A stretch of DNA of 64,000 nt from Candidatus Kapaibacterium sp. (lineage in GTDB: Bacteria; Bacteroidota; Ignavibacteria; Kapaibacteriales; UBA2268): NCBI GenBank assembly GCA_963664875.1, contig OY761611.1, positions 640,001 to 704,000 of the forward strand, in the 5' to 3' direction. Positions 30,014 to 40,205 of this stretch are shown piece after piece. Made by a program: the position numbers and the translations under genes. Each line of letters begins with the position of its first letter. The first letter of the stretch is position 1. The notes beneath the pieces were generated by a model. The model was not told where the DNA came from, made no database searches, and saw only the letters and a list, made by a program, of their open reading frames with translations.

Positions 30014-30517
30014 ATGAAAGCAATTTTTATATTTGTGATATTAGTCGCTATTGCAGCATGTAATAATCCTTTTGCTCCGGGTATCAAAAATCAGGACGGT
30101 TCAGGCAATGTATTGGGCGACCAGAAAACTGTAGAAGGAGTTTTTGATAACTTTAGATACGCTTATGTATTTAAAGATACCTTAGTTTACGGAAAACTGC
30201 TTTCCGACAATTTCACATTTGTATATAAAAATCCTGAATCACCTGACCTAAACAAATCGTGGGGAAGGTCGGAAGACATGATTTCTACAAGTAATCTGTT
30301 TAACGGCACTCAAAATCTAAATTTACTTTGGGACGATGTTCTTATTGCAGTCGGCGATTCTACGCAACAAGATATCTCGAGAGGTTTTACTCTTTCTATT
30401 ACTTTTAGCGAACAAGATATTGCTTATCTTTACGGAAAAGTTGTTTTTCGACTTGAACGAGCTAATGAGTTAGAAGTTTGGAAAATTACAAAGTGGATCG
30501 ACGAATCCTACTATTGA
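30014..30517 (+). CDS. Hypothetical lipoprotein (NTF2/SnoaL-like)
   Basis: Lipobox IAAC, NPFAP, LLSDNFTF, WKITKWIDES. Confidence 0.65.
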   Translation: MKAIFIFVILVAIAACNNPFAPGIKNQDGSGNVLGDQKTVEGVFDNFRYAYVFKDTLVYGKLLSDNFTFVYKNPESPDLNKSWGRSEDMISTSNLFNGTQNLNLLWDDVLIAVGDSTQQDISRGFTLSITFSEQDIAYLYGKVVFRLERANELEVWKITKWIDESYY

Positions 30518-31772
30518 TATCTTTATTCATAGGTATTTCGATAGCAAATGTAGTTCCTTTTCCCGGATGACTTTCTTTGATATAGATTTTGCCTTTATGG
30601 TAATCTTCGACTATCCTCTTTACAAGACTTAGTCCTAATCCCCAGCCCCGTTTTTTTGTGGTATATCCAGGGACAAAAATCATCCTTTTAACTTGGTTAT
30701 TCATACCTTTGCCGGTATCTCTAACGTAAATAAATATTTTTTGATCTGTATTAGCTCTCATGTAGATATAAATATTTCCAATCTCTCTGTCAATCGCTTC
30801 AGTTGCATTTTTCAGTAGATTTTCTATGACCCATTCAAAGAGATCACGATTGACTAATGCTATAAAAGGTTCTTTTAGATCTCTTATTATTTCTATCTTT
30901 TTTGAAACATTAGGAAGCCTAACTTCATAATATTTACAAACGTTTTCTATCAATTCGGATATATTTGTTATTTCTTTCTCAGGCTGAGAGCCAATTTTTG
31001 AGAACCGCGTAGTTATAGTATTCAAACGTGTTAAATCCTGTTCCATTTCGGTTACAATTTCACCTACATAAGCAGGATCTTCATTGTTAAATTTCAATAT
31101 TTCTATCCAAGCTAAAAGACTTGACAGGGGTGTTCCCAGTTGGTGTGCTGCCTCTTTTGCCATACCAACCCAAACTTTGGACTCTTCTGTTCTTCTGATA
31201 CCTGAAAACGCTAAGTAGCCTATCAAAACAAAGGAACCAACCGCAACTATGGCAACTAACGGAAAATATCTCAACTGATTTATAATAGGCGAATGGGCAT
31301 AATAAAACTTAAGAAGCACTTCTCCATTCTGACCGTAAATCAAAACAGGCTTATAATCCTCTTTCATATCACCAAGCTGTTGTTTCACGAGTCTGCGTTG
31401 CTCTTCTAAAGGCAAATTGAAGTTTATATTGAGATTGAGTGTATATGCTTCATAAGATTCTTGCGGTTCATCGTTGACATCGGTTGCGATTATCGGGAAG
31501 TTAATCGTGGAAATAATATTATCCAGCATAAAATACAGGTAGTCGGTTTCTTGATTGGACAAGATACGGTTGTTAAAATCTTCATTTATTTTTGCATAAA
31601 GTTCCAAAGTTTTTTGTTCTCTCTCTACTAACTCATTTACTAATGATTGAGTAAAGAGAATTACTCCTAATATGATACTAAAAGCTAAAATGGCAAATAA
31701 TAGCTTTATTTGCCACTTAGCTAATGGTTTAGAAATATTTTCAAAAAATTTCTCTTTTCTTCTGTATGCCAT
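30486..31772 (-). CDS. Membrane sensor histidine kinase (orphan)
   Basis: Two TM segments, H-box AAHQLGTPLSSL, N-box ENLLKNA, DTGKG, GWGLGLSL. Confidence 0.92.
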   Translation of the reverse strand: MAYRRKEKFFENISKPLAKWQIKLLFAILAFSIILGVILFTQSLVNELVEREQKTLELYAKINEDFNNRILSNQETDYLYFMLDNIISTINFPIIATDVNDEPQESYEAYTLNLNINFNLPLEEQRRLVKQQLGDMKEDYKPVLIYGQNGEVLLKFYYAHSPIINQLRYFPLVAIVAVGSFVLIGYLAFSGIRRTEESKVWVGMAKEAAHQLGTPLSSLLAWIEILKFNNEDPAYVGEIVTEMEQDLTRLNTITTRFSKIGSQPEKEITNISELIENVCKYYEVRLPNVSKKIEIIRDLKEPFIALVNRDLFEWVIENLLKNATEAIDREIGNIYIYMRANTDQKIFIYVRDTGKGMNNQVKRMIFVPGYTTKKRGWGLGLSLVKRIVEDYHKGKIYIKESHPGKGTTFAIEIPMNKDINSRIRRSTL

Positions 31773-31775
31773 ATT

Positions 31776-33032
31776 TTATGCTAAATTAAAATGAAAACTA
31801 TTGAGCTCAGAAAACGGAATGGTCTGCTGAGTGCTGTCTTTCATATTTTTGATAGTAACTGTTTCTGATTTCAGTTCATCTTCGCCTATGACTAAAGCGT
31901 ATGTAGCTTCTACCTTATTTGCTGCACGCATTTGTGCTTTCATGGATCTGTTATTCAAATCTATACCTACTCTATACATCTTATCGCGAAGCAAATGAGC
32001 TATTTTAAATCCATAGTTTTTAGCTTCTTCACCCGCAACTACTACATAAATATCATTTTCAGGTTTCTGAGCAGGGAGAAGCTTCAATTCTTCCAATATA
32101 AGTAATAATCTTTCAACACCAAATGCAAATCCAACAGAAGGAGTTTCTTTGCCACCCAATTCAGTAAATAGTTTGTTATATCTACCGCCACCGCCAAATG
32201 AATCCTGAGCCCCAAGTGCCGAGCTCTGAAATTCAAAAACTGTATGAGAGTAGTAGTCTAAACCTCTTACCAATTTTGGAGAAATCTCATACTTGACTTC
32301 CAGCTCATCTAACAGGCTAATAACTCTGTCAAAATGAGCTTTACTCTCTTCATCTAAATAATCTTTGAGTACAGGAGCATTTTTGACTATTTCAATATCT
32401 TTGTTATCTTTTGAATCTAAAACTCTTAGTGGATTGATATCAAGTCGGTTTCTGCTATCTTCCGACAAAGATTCTTTCTGTGCAGACAAGTAATCTATCA
32501 AAGCAAGTCTGTAATTTGCTCTTGAAGCATCGTTACCCAATGAATTTATGAGGAGTTTATACTCGGTAATGCCGGCTGCTTTGATAATAGCATTAGCGAG
32601 TAGAATAACTTCTACATCGGCTTCAGGATGCTCAGTAGCAAGGCATTCTGCTCCAAATTGATGGAACTGTCTAAATCTACCCTTTTGTGGTCTTTCATAT
32701 CTGAAGAATGGACCGAAGTACCAAAATTTCTGATAGGTTCCTGTGTTAGCAAGTTTGTTTTGAATAACGCTTCTTACCAGTGCAGCGGTCGCTTCAGGTC
32801 TTAAAGTAAGTGATTCTCCACCCCTATCTTCAAATGTGTACATTTCTTTATTTACTATATCAGTGCCATCTCCAATACCTCTCGAAAAGACCTCTGTCTT
32901 TTCAAAGATTGGAGTGCGTAACTCTTGATAGCCAAAAGAATCTGAAACATTCCTAAAAATATTTTCCAAAAAATACCAGTTCCCAATCTCAATAGGCAGA
33001 ATATCTTTTGTTCCACGAATAGCCTGTATCAT
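31776..33032 (-). CDS. hisS: Histidine--tRNA ligase
   Basis: RGTKD, LRPEATA, FRYERPQKGRFRQFHQFG, RGLDYY, GGGRY, GVERL. Confidence 0.98.
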   Translation of the reverse strand: MIQAIRGTKDILPIEIGNWYFLENIFRNVSDSFGYQELRTPIFEKTEVFSRGIGDGTDIVNKEMYTFEDRGGESLTLRPEATAALVRSVIQNKLANTGTYQKFWYFGPFFRYERPQKGRFRQFHQFGAECLATEHPEADVEVILLANAIIKAAGITEYKLLINSLGNDASRANYRLALIDYLSAQKESLSEDSRNRLDINPLRVLDSKDNKDIEIVKNAPVLKDYLDEESKAHFDRVISLLDELEVKYEISPKLVRGLDYYSHTVFEFQSSALGAQDSFGGGGRYNKLFTELGGKETPSVGFAFGVERLLLILEELKLLPAQKPENDIYVVVAGEEAKNYGFKIAHLLRDKMYRVGIDLNNRSMKAQMRAANKVEATYALVIGEDELKSETVTIKNMKDSTQQTIPFSELNSFHFNLA

Positions 33033-33042
33033 AATCGTTCCC

Positions 33043-36000
33043 TTATTTTATTACCTGCATAGTCTCAGAATAAATTCTGTAAGGTGTTTTCAAAATATAT
33101 CTATAAACACCATTTTCTAAATCATTAGCATTGATTACATATCTATGCTCACCTTTTGGAAGCAAGCCATCTGCAACTGTCATTACTCTTTTGCCTGTCA
33201 TGTCAATTACATACAATTCAATTTGAGTCTGCGTAGGCAATTCAAAAATTATATTTGAAGTAAGAGTAAACGGATTAGGTGTGTTTTGAGCTAAAATAGA
33301 CTTCCCGTTCGGATCAAATAACCTTGGCTCACCATTTTCTTCACAAACACCTTTCAAAGTAAACAGAGAAGATTCCTCTTTAATATCAAATTTTCCTAAT
33401 CCTATCGGCACAGAGTTGCTTAATGTCAATTCTGAAGTCAAATTATTACCTAATCCAACATGGAACTTGATGCGTCTGAGTACCGAATCAGGTTGTATAT
33501 CAAGCGGCAAATCGATGCCAATAGTTCTAACATTATTTTCTGTTACGTCATATTCAAAAGTCTCAACAGGGGCAAGTAAAGTTGAATTGAAACTTAAGTA
33601 AGTTCGAATTCCTGAAATTGTTTTTCTGATGCCTTCTTCGTTAATATTTTTAATTTTCACCTGTAGCTCTACTATATCGCCCGGCTTTCCTTCCATATCA
33701 GTAAGATAAATAGCACAAGAACTAAGGATTGGACTAACTCCTTCGCCCAGAAGGTTAATCCTTGCAGGGTATTGATGCAAATTATGTTCAAGTTTGAGTA
33801 CAGAGTTATTTCTTACATTATCAGTTGGGGTGAATCTGACTTTTATCGTTTTGGATTCTCCCGGATTGATCGATTTAATATCAGCACCTTCAAGAATTCT
33901 AAAGTTATCGGATTCAGGATCGTCAAGATAAATACCAGTGATATCTAATTTTGCTGAATGATTATTAGTAATCACAGCAGTAAGTGTAGAATCTCGGAAT
34001 TCACCAAAATCAACAATACCTAAATCAAAATACGTATTATTTACACTCAGTCCTTCGTGCAAAGAATTTGCCGATACTATAGACTTTATTGTAACGTTCC
34101 CGCTAATTTGAATTTGCAGCTGAGCTTTTAAAGCTCCTGAAGACTTTGGATAGACAGAAATTTCTAAATCAATGAAATCATCCGGTAATAGTATCAAAGG
34201 CAAATCCAATTCTGTGAGTAAAGCAAACTGTTCATTTGCATCATTCAGTAATTCTAAGGATCTTATTTCGATTGGGAACTTGTTTTCGTTTACAATCACT
34301 TTTTTAAATACCGAATCAACTACTATACCTCTATAAATATCTCCAAAACTTATATCGCTTAGAGTAATATTTGCTTTTTTGATACTAAACTTACAATCGG
34401 TAGTATCCATTTGTAAATCTCGCTGATCCAGATTCCATACTTTAGCAGTGCTATCCCAGCTTGCGGTAAGCACTCTGCTACCGTCAAAATTCATTACGGC
34501 AGTGCTTATAGTGCTTCTATGCTCAGCAAGTTCAGCTCTCGGATTTCCTGTAGCTGCGTACCAAATGAATGCTTTTTTGTCAGTTCCGGAAGTAAGTAGA
34601 TATTCAGTACCTTCGTTATCTCGGGCAAAAGAGGCGTGTCTGATAAAATAGTTATCTGAAGTATCTTTATTGTGAGTTACAGAATACAAAGTGTCACTTA
34701 GGAAATAGGTATCTTTGTCAGGCAAATTTTTCAAATCCCATACCATTGTCTTTTTCAAGTTTGAGCTTGTAAGTGCAACTTTTGAAGCATTATCATTAAA
34801 CGTAGCATGGGCAACGTCACCATAATCTGACTCCTGCACTTTGAACTGTTTGTATAAAGTACCTGCACCTGAACCGACGGCATTATATAATCTGGCATAG
34901 ACAGCGTTTCCTGCAGTAAGGATGTAGCTATCAGTAGGATCATACTCAGCATACCAAGCTCTTTTTGTAGAAGTATATGCATCTATGTTTCTTATGAGAG
35001 CTAATGTATTTACATCATAAATTTTAACTGTTCCGTCGGAAGAAGCGGTTACAATCGCTTTTGAATTATGAGAAAAGTTTACCGAATTTACTTTTTCTTT
35101 TTGAATAATTGTACCTAAACTATCACCTGTAACAGCATTCCATAATATAACAGTAGAGTCTTTTGAAGCAGTAGCGATATACTGATTATCAAAACTAAAT
35201 ACAGCATAGTTTACTTCATGAGAGTGCTTTTTTAAAGTAAGTAACTTGGCTCCGGTATTAGAATTCCAAACTACAGCAGATGAATCCCCTGATGCAGTAA
35301 CTATTTTATCACCAAAAGTATTGAAAAATGCGCTATTGACTTGTGCCCAATGTTTCAGATTCATAGTTCTGCCGATATTATTAGGCCAAAGTTGAATAGC
35401 CCTTACAAGTGCATCATCGGTTTCTACATTCGGAATATCCCATTTATATTTCAATCCTTTAACGTTGGTCGCTAAAGTATCCCACGAAGCGCCTTCATTC
35501 AAAGAATATTCGAGCTGAATAACATCTTCCGGCAATAATCCCTCCCACTCCACATAATGCTCATCACCAAGGATGAGTGTTTCTTTGCAAACAGGAGATG
35601 TAATTTTTATAGTTTTTTCTTTAGGTGGAGTATTCGGGTAGCCGGCTGCAATTAAAACTTCATTGCCGACACAGGCAGAAGAAGTGATAAGCAGCTTAGT
35701 GAACTGTATGGTAGAATCTACGGGAGAATATTTTACTACCACTTTGTGCTGTTGCCCTTTTGGAAGTACAAAAGGAGAACTAACTTTACCTTCTATTATA
35801 TCAAATAATATATCATTTTGAAGCTCGATTTTATCAATAGCGATATCACCGTTCACTGCTTCCAAATATATCTCTCTTGTATCACTTTCTCCCGGGAGAA
35901 TAGGATTAAATTTAATATTTAAAGGCAAAGCTGCTAATCTGATTTTAGAGGAAACAAGAGTAAAATAATCAACAGCACCATCAGCATTGCTCGACGGGAT

Positions 36001-36843
36001 AAATATTTCTGAAACGTGATTATCATCGCATGAAGCAGAAGCATCCCAAGTCAATTTTGCCGGTCTTACTCCATATATCCATGAAATCATGGTTCTCGCT
36101 ACGTCTTGAAACGGAATATTGTTATTCACTTTATCGAGATATATACCGCCTGTCTGATTTATCATATTTTTGAGCTTATCAGAAATGGTTGTTCCAAGAG
36201 CAACCAAATTCACCTGAATATTATTATTTTTATAGTTCTGAATTTGCTCATCCGTAAGATTTATCTTAGTATTACCATCAGTAATAATTAATGCCTTTTT
36301 TTGATAATTGCCTTTTTCAAAAACTTTAACCACAGAACCCGGAGAGTTTACAAAAACCCTGTTTAAATCAGAACCGCTTGCATTTTGTAACTTATCAAGC
36401 GTATTTAGCAGTAAAGTTTTATCGGCAGTAAAATCTTTATACAAAAAAGTATAAGTATCAAATGCTGAGAGAGAAACTTCAGCAGCATTAAAGTCGAAAT
36501 TATTCAATATAAAAGCAGCAATTTTTTTTGCGTAAACAAAATTGCCATTGCTTATATTCAATCCTAAATCAAAAGAAATATCTAAAGATACCTGTTTATT
36601 GACATCTCCCGTAAAGTTATCATGAGAAATGACCGGCATGTTGTTGCCATTGTCAAGGACAGTAATTTGCCCTGCATTGACATTGTAATTCGGCAAAACA
36701 GAAGTATCATCAAAAACAAAGTAATCCACTGAAACCAATGGAAAGTCTTTAGTTTCAGTATTTAAAATTACCATATTTTGAGAGGCGTTTATGATATTTA
36801 CAGATGCAATTAAGCACAGAATTGCTAAAAGAAATCTAAACAT
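33043..36843 (-). CDS. Large T9SS cargo: vWA-like, Ig/choice-of-anchor-D, WD40 propeller, cohesin-like, type A CTD
   Basis: Signal peptide, IITDG vWA element, WD40 repeats (TASWDSTAKVWN), C-terminal QNTPNPF..DMTGKRV..LENGVYRY. Confidence 0.78.
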   Translation of the reverse strand: MFRFLLAILCLIASVNIINASQNMVILNTETKDFPLVSVDYFVFDDTSVLPNYNVNAGQITVLDNGNNMPVISHDNFTGDVNKQVSLDISFDLGLNISNGNFVYAKKIAAFILNNFDFNAAEVSLSAFDTYTFLYKDFTADKTLLLNTLDKLQNASGSDLNRVFVNSPGSVVKVFEKGNYQKKALIITDGNTKINLTDEQIQNYKNNNIQVNLVALGTTISDKLKNMINQTGGIYLDKVNNNIPFQDVARTMISWIYGVRPAKLTWDASASCDDNHVSEIFIPSSNADGAVDYFTLVSSKIRLAALPLNIKFNPILPGESDTREIYLEAVNGDIAIDKIELQNDILFDIIEGKVSSPFVLPKGQQHKVVVKYSPVDSTIQFTKLLITSSACVGNEVLIAAGYPNTPPKEKTIKITSPVCKETLILGDEHYVEWEGLLPEDVIQLEYSLNEGASWDTLATNVKGLKYKWDIPNVETDDALVRAIQLWPNNIGRTMNLKHWAQVNSAFFNTFGDKIVTASGDSSAVVWNSNTGAKLLTLKKHSHEVNYAVFSFDNQYIATASKDSTVILWNAVTGDSLGTIIQKEKVNSVNFSHNSKAIVTASSDGTVKIYDVNTLALIRNIDAYTSTKRAWYAEYDPTDSYILTAGNAVYARLYNAVGSGAGTLYKQFKVQESDYGDVAHATFNDNASKVALTSSNLKKTMVWDLKNLPDKDTYFLSDTLYSVTHNKDTSDNYFIRHASFARDNEGTEYLLTSGTDKKAFIWYAATGNPRAELAEHRSTISTAVMNFDGSRVLTASWDSTAKVWNLDQRDLQMDTTDCKFSIKKANITLSDISFGDIYRGIVVDSVFKKVIVNENKFPIEIRSLELLNDANEQFALLTELDLPLILLPDDFIDLEISVYPKSSGALKAQLQIQISGNVTIKSIVSANSLHEGLSVNNTYFDLGIVDFGEFRDSTLTAVITNNHSAKLDITGIYLDDPESDNFRILEGADIKSINPGESKTIKVRFTPTDNVRNNSVLKLEHNLHQYPARINLLGEGVSPILSSCAIYLTDMEGKPGDIVELQVKIKNINEEGIRKTISGIRTYLSFNSTLLAPVETFEYDVTENNVRTIGIDLPLDIQPDSVLRRIKFHVGLGNNLTSELTLSNSVPIGLGKFDIKEESSLFTLKGVCEENGEPRLFDPNGKSILAQNTPNPFTLTSNIIFELPTQTQIELYVIDMTGKRVMTVADGLLPKGEHRYVINANDLENGVYRYILKTPYRIYSETMQVIK

Positions 36844-36885
36844 TTGGAATTTCCTTTTAAATTAGTATCTTTTTATGCTGCATTA

Positions 36886-36893
36886 CAAATTTA
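36886..36893 (-). promoter_or_regulatory. -7 promoter box (TAAATTTG)
   Basis: TAnnTTTG 43 nt upstream of the ATG at 36843. Confidence 0.45.
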
Positions 36894-36939
36894 ACACTTT
36901 TTGTATAACTACATAAAACAATCCTCAATAAAACAAAAA

Positions 36940-36972
36940 AAAGTCTATATTTAGCTGATAAATATAGACTTT
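36940..36972 (-). terminator. Intrinsic terminator of the Omp85-fusion gene
   Basis: 14-bp perfect stem AAAGTCTATATTTA / TAAATATAGACTTT with T-run on the minus strand. Confidence 0.7.
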
Positions 36973-36993
36973 AAGACCATTTTTTTTCTTGAT

Positions 36994-39900
36994 TTAGAAA
37001 TCGAAGCCCAAAGAGAATAAATACAAAGGCTTAGACCAAGCATGATACTCGTTTCTCCAAGCAATGTCCATTTTTACCGGTAGTCCCAATAAGTAGGCAC
37101 GTACTCCAATACCTGAACTCATAATAACGTTTTCAAAGTACCTTTTGCCGTCTCTATGCAATCTGGAAACTACAAGGTTGTCATCCCAAGCGGCTCCAAC
37201 GTCAAAGAAAAATGATCCCATTACTCCTTGGAGCAAGATAGGCATAGGGCCTGCCACAAGAGCTTGGAACATCGGGAATCTAAATTCTACATTGGAAACA
37301 AAATATTTATTTCCATAAATCTGACTTAAATTCCATCCCCTAACCGGCAAAACAAACTGAGAAAATGCGAAATCCTCAGGTTTATCAAATGGTAAGCGAT
37401 TATCTGTGAAGTTCCTATTGATCCAATTGTCAACGCCACCGACAAAGTATCTTTGAGGGTCAGGTCCGAAAGAAGCACCGGCAGCACCCCTAAGAGCTAA
37501 ACTAAAATAATCTCCAATTGGCAAATATCTTCTATAGTCAAAGTCAAGATTTATAAAGCCTATATTTTCGTTACCAAGCTTTGGTGTTCCTTTAAAACCT
37601 AAATAATACCTGGAACCACTATGTGGTGCAAAATATCCCCAGAGCACGTCATCATGAACAAATCTGCCTTGTGGAACAAATAACATTCTGGAAAGATTGT
37701 TATTTGAAGGATTTTGCAAGTTTTCTTTAGTAACATTTAGCCAATTTATACCCCATTCCAAACGATTAAACAGGTCAAAAGGATAAGATGCAGTAACACC
37801 CAATCCATAATTCCTAAACCTATATAAATCATTGGATTCTTCAGTTGGATTTGTTTTCAAATAAGCAGCTGAATGGAAAATTGTAAAGTTATAATCAATT
37901 ATTTTAGGAAGATAACTGTATGCTGCCATAAACTGACTATTTCTTAGGTCTGTATGCAAATTTGCCTGAAAGAACAGCTGATGATTGCCCATGATGTCAG
38001 AATACAATATCTGAGTTACACCTTGAAAACCATAGTAAGTCGAATATCCCGGATTTGCTAAAACTATATCAGGAGAGAAAATAATCTTATAATCGTTTTC
38101 CACAAATTCAGAATAATCAGTAATCATAGTATCGTTAGATTGAGCAAAAGCATTTGACTTAATATCAGGATTTTCTTTTACCACCTGTTGTTGGTCAAAT
38201 TCAAATGTAAAATTGCCCCACCCCTGTAATTGACTGTTTGCAGTTTTTGAATCCTCTTCAAAAGATTCTAAGAGAGCTATTGATTCCTTTTCTTTTTGTT
38301 TCAATTTTGTCAATGGCAACTCATCCAGATCTAAATTCCGCTCAAATGGGAAGCGAATCATATATATATCATAACCGCCATTTATCTGAACTGTAAAGAG
38401 TAATTTGCTGTCATCAGGTGACAAATCTAATTGGGTTATACCTGCTATTGAATTCGAAATCGGTCTCACATTTTGAGTTTCGATATTCAATTTGTATATA
38501 TTACCTATTCCATTTTTGTCCGAAACAAACAATAGTGACTTGCTGTCAGAAGCAACTGCTAAAGATGTAATACCCGGATATTGGTCGTGGGTGATTCTTC
38601 GTATATTTTTTGATTCAATATTTATACAATAAATATCTGTTTTGTCAACATCATGCTTGTATAGTTTGAAATCCTTTTTAACATTACCATCAGTAAAGTC
38701 TAATCTGTCGGATATGAAATAAATTTCCTGAGAATCAGATGACCATACAGGGTACTTGTCTGAAAAAATATCATCTGTGATTTGAACTAATTTTTCTGTT
38801 TTAAAATCATAAAGGTAAATGTCACTTTTTTTACCTGAAGCCCCGGCAAAGGCAATATATCGACCATCAGGCGACCAAGTTACAGAACCAATAGTCCTCA
38901 AATCAAACTTAATTTTTTCGTAGTCGCCACTTTCGACATCTACAAGGTAAATAGCATCATTCCCACCGGATTTGGCAGAAATCACTATCTGTTTGCCATT
39001 AGGGCTCCATGAAATGCCCGGGGTTAGAATATTCAAATCTTCGAAGTCTTGTTCGCGAAAACTGCTAATGAGCTGTTTCGTTGTCTTTTTGTCGTTAATA
39101 TCTCTTATATAAATTCCAAACAATCCGGAATCATCAGCAATGAAAGCCATCTTTTCGCCGTCAGGTGAGATAGCCGGTGAAGTGTTATAAAAGTTTCTGT
39201 TTTCTTTATGATCAGTCAGTGCAATCGCATAATCTTTAGGATCTTCGTAAACCTCTAAATCTGTCCAATAATATTTTTTTAGGTCTCGTTCCCACTTTTC
39301 GCTAAAATCTTTCAAATTCATCTGGAAAGAACTTTCAAAAGCCATATCGACATTTTTATAGGTCTTCATCTTCTGAATAAGCTCGCCTACTTTTTCCCTG
39401 CCATAATTTTCTGCGATGTACCAATAAAATGTCTGTCCGCCTCTGTACGCAAGGTAACCGTTTAGTCGTTGTAGCGGTGGTAAGTTCTCACTGATAGCAA
39501 GGTCTCTCATAAACATATCAGTTTCAGTATTAAGTCCCCCAATGCTTTCAAACTCGGCAAGACCCTCGTTCATCCATAAAGGAATTGCAAACATATTGTT
39601 AGACGAAATGGCAGATTGGAAGGTACCTCCAAAAAACAAATCGTTGATAACAGCATGAACCAACTCATGATGTATTACGTGTCGTAGCTGAGCAAAATCA
39701 CCTTGGAAAGGCACCACTACACGATTTTTAAATAATTCTGTAACACCACCAACACCTTCGGACATAAAAGAGGATATAACATTTGTCTGTTGAAAATCGT
39801 TATGGCTATCATAAACAACCATACTGACTCTTTTGCCTAATTTGTAGTTAAGTGTATTTTGGATGGAGGCTAATGACTTTTCGGCTATTACGGCAGAATA

Positions 39901-40068
39901 TTCTGCCAAATCTTTAGAGCCTTTATCATAATATACATCAAAGTGTTGTGACTGTATATATTTCCAATTATATTCTCTATACTGTACTTTATTTTTACCA
40001 AACTGCGAATATCCATCTACAGAGATGAAGCACAACATTATCAACAATATGTAAAATAGTCTTTTCAT
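36994..40068 (-). CDS. Zincin metallopeptidase-PD40 propeller-Omp85/BamA barrel fusion
   Basis: Signal peptide; HHELVH and PLWMNEGLAEF; WSPDG/WSPNG repeats; LPVRGW, FFDVGAAW, terminal FSLGFDF beta-signal. Confidence 0.82.
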   Translation of the reverse strand: MKRLFYILLIMLCFISVDGYSQFGKNKVQYREYNWKYIQSQHFDVYYDKGSKDLAEYSAVIAEKSLASIQNTLNYKLGKRVSMVVYDSHNDFQQTNVISSFMSEGVGGVTELFKNRVVVPFQGDFAQLRHVIHHELVHAVINDLFFGGTFQSAISSNNMFAIPLWMNEGLAEFESIGGLNTETDMFMRDLAISENLPPLQRLNGYLAYRGGQTFYWYIAENYGREKVGELIQKMKTYKNVDMAFESSFQMNLKDFSEKWERDLKKYYWTDLEVYEDPKDYAIALTDHKENRNFYNTSPAISPDGEKMAFIADDSGLFGIYIRDINDKKTTKQLISSFREQDFEDLNILTPGISWSPNGKQIVISAKSGGNDAIYLVDVESGDYEKIKFDLRTIGSVTWSPDGRYIAFAGASGKKSDIYLYDFKTEKLVQITDDIFSDKYPVWSSDSQEIYFISDRLDFTDGNVKKDFKLYKHDVDKTDIYCINIESKNIRRITHDQYPGITSLAVASDSKSLLFVSDKNGIGNIYKLNIETQNVRPISNSIAGITQLDLSPDDSKLLFTVQINGGYDIYMIRFPFERNLDLDELPLTKLKQKEKESIALLESFEEDSKTANSQLQGWGNFTFEFDQQQVVKENPDIKSNAFAQSNDTMITDYSEFVENDYKIIFSPDIVLANPGYSTYYGFQGVTQILYSDIMGNHQLFFQANLHTDLRNSQFMAAYSYLPKIIDYNFTIFHSAAYLKTNPTEESNDLYRFRNYGLGVTASYPFDLFNRLEWGINWLNVTKENLQNPSNNNLSRMLFVPQGRFVHDDVLWGYFAPHSGSRYYLGFKGTPKLGNENIGFINLDFDYRRYLPIGDYFSLALRGAAGASFGPDPQRYFVGGVDNWINRNFTDNRLPFDKPEDFAFSQFVLPVRGWNLSQIYGNKYFVSNVEFRFPMFQALVAGPMPILLQGVMGSFFFDVGAAWDDNLVVSRLHRDGKRYFENVIMSSGIGVRAYLLGLPVKMDIAWRNEYHAWSKPLYLFSLGFDF

Positions 40069-40135
40069 AGTTACTCCGTTTTGTACTAACAGGCATTATA
40101 TGTAATACACTTAAAAACAGAAAAAGTTAAAAAAA

Positions 40136-40156
40136 AGGATGCATTTTATGCATCCT
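40136..40156 (-). terminator. Intrinsic terminator after ispG
   Basis: AGGATGCAT/ATGCATCCT stem adjoining a long A-run (T-run on minus). Confidence 0.6.
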
Positions 40157-40205
40157 ATAAAATATATCATCTATTTCTTATAATCAACATAAATATCGAC
40201 ATATT

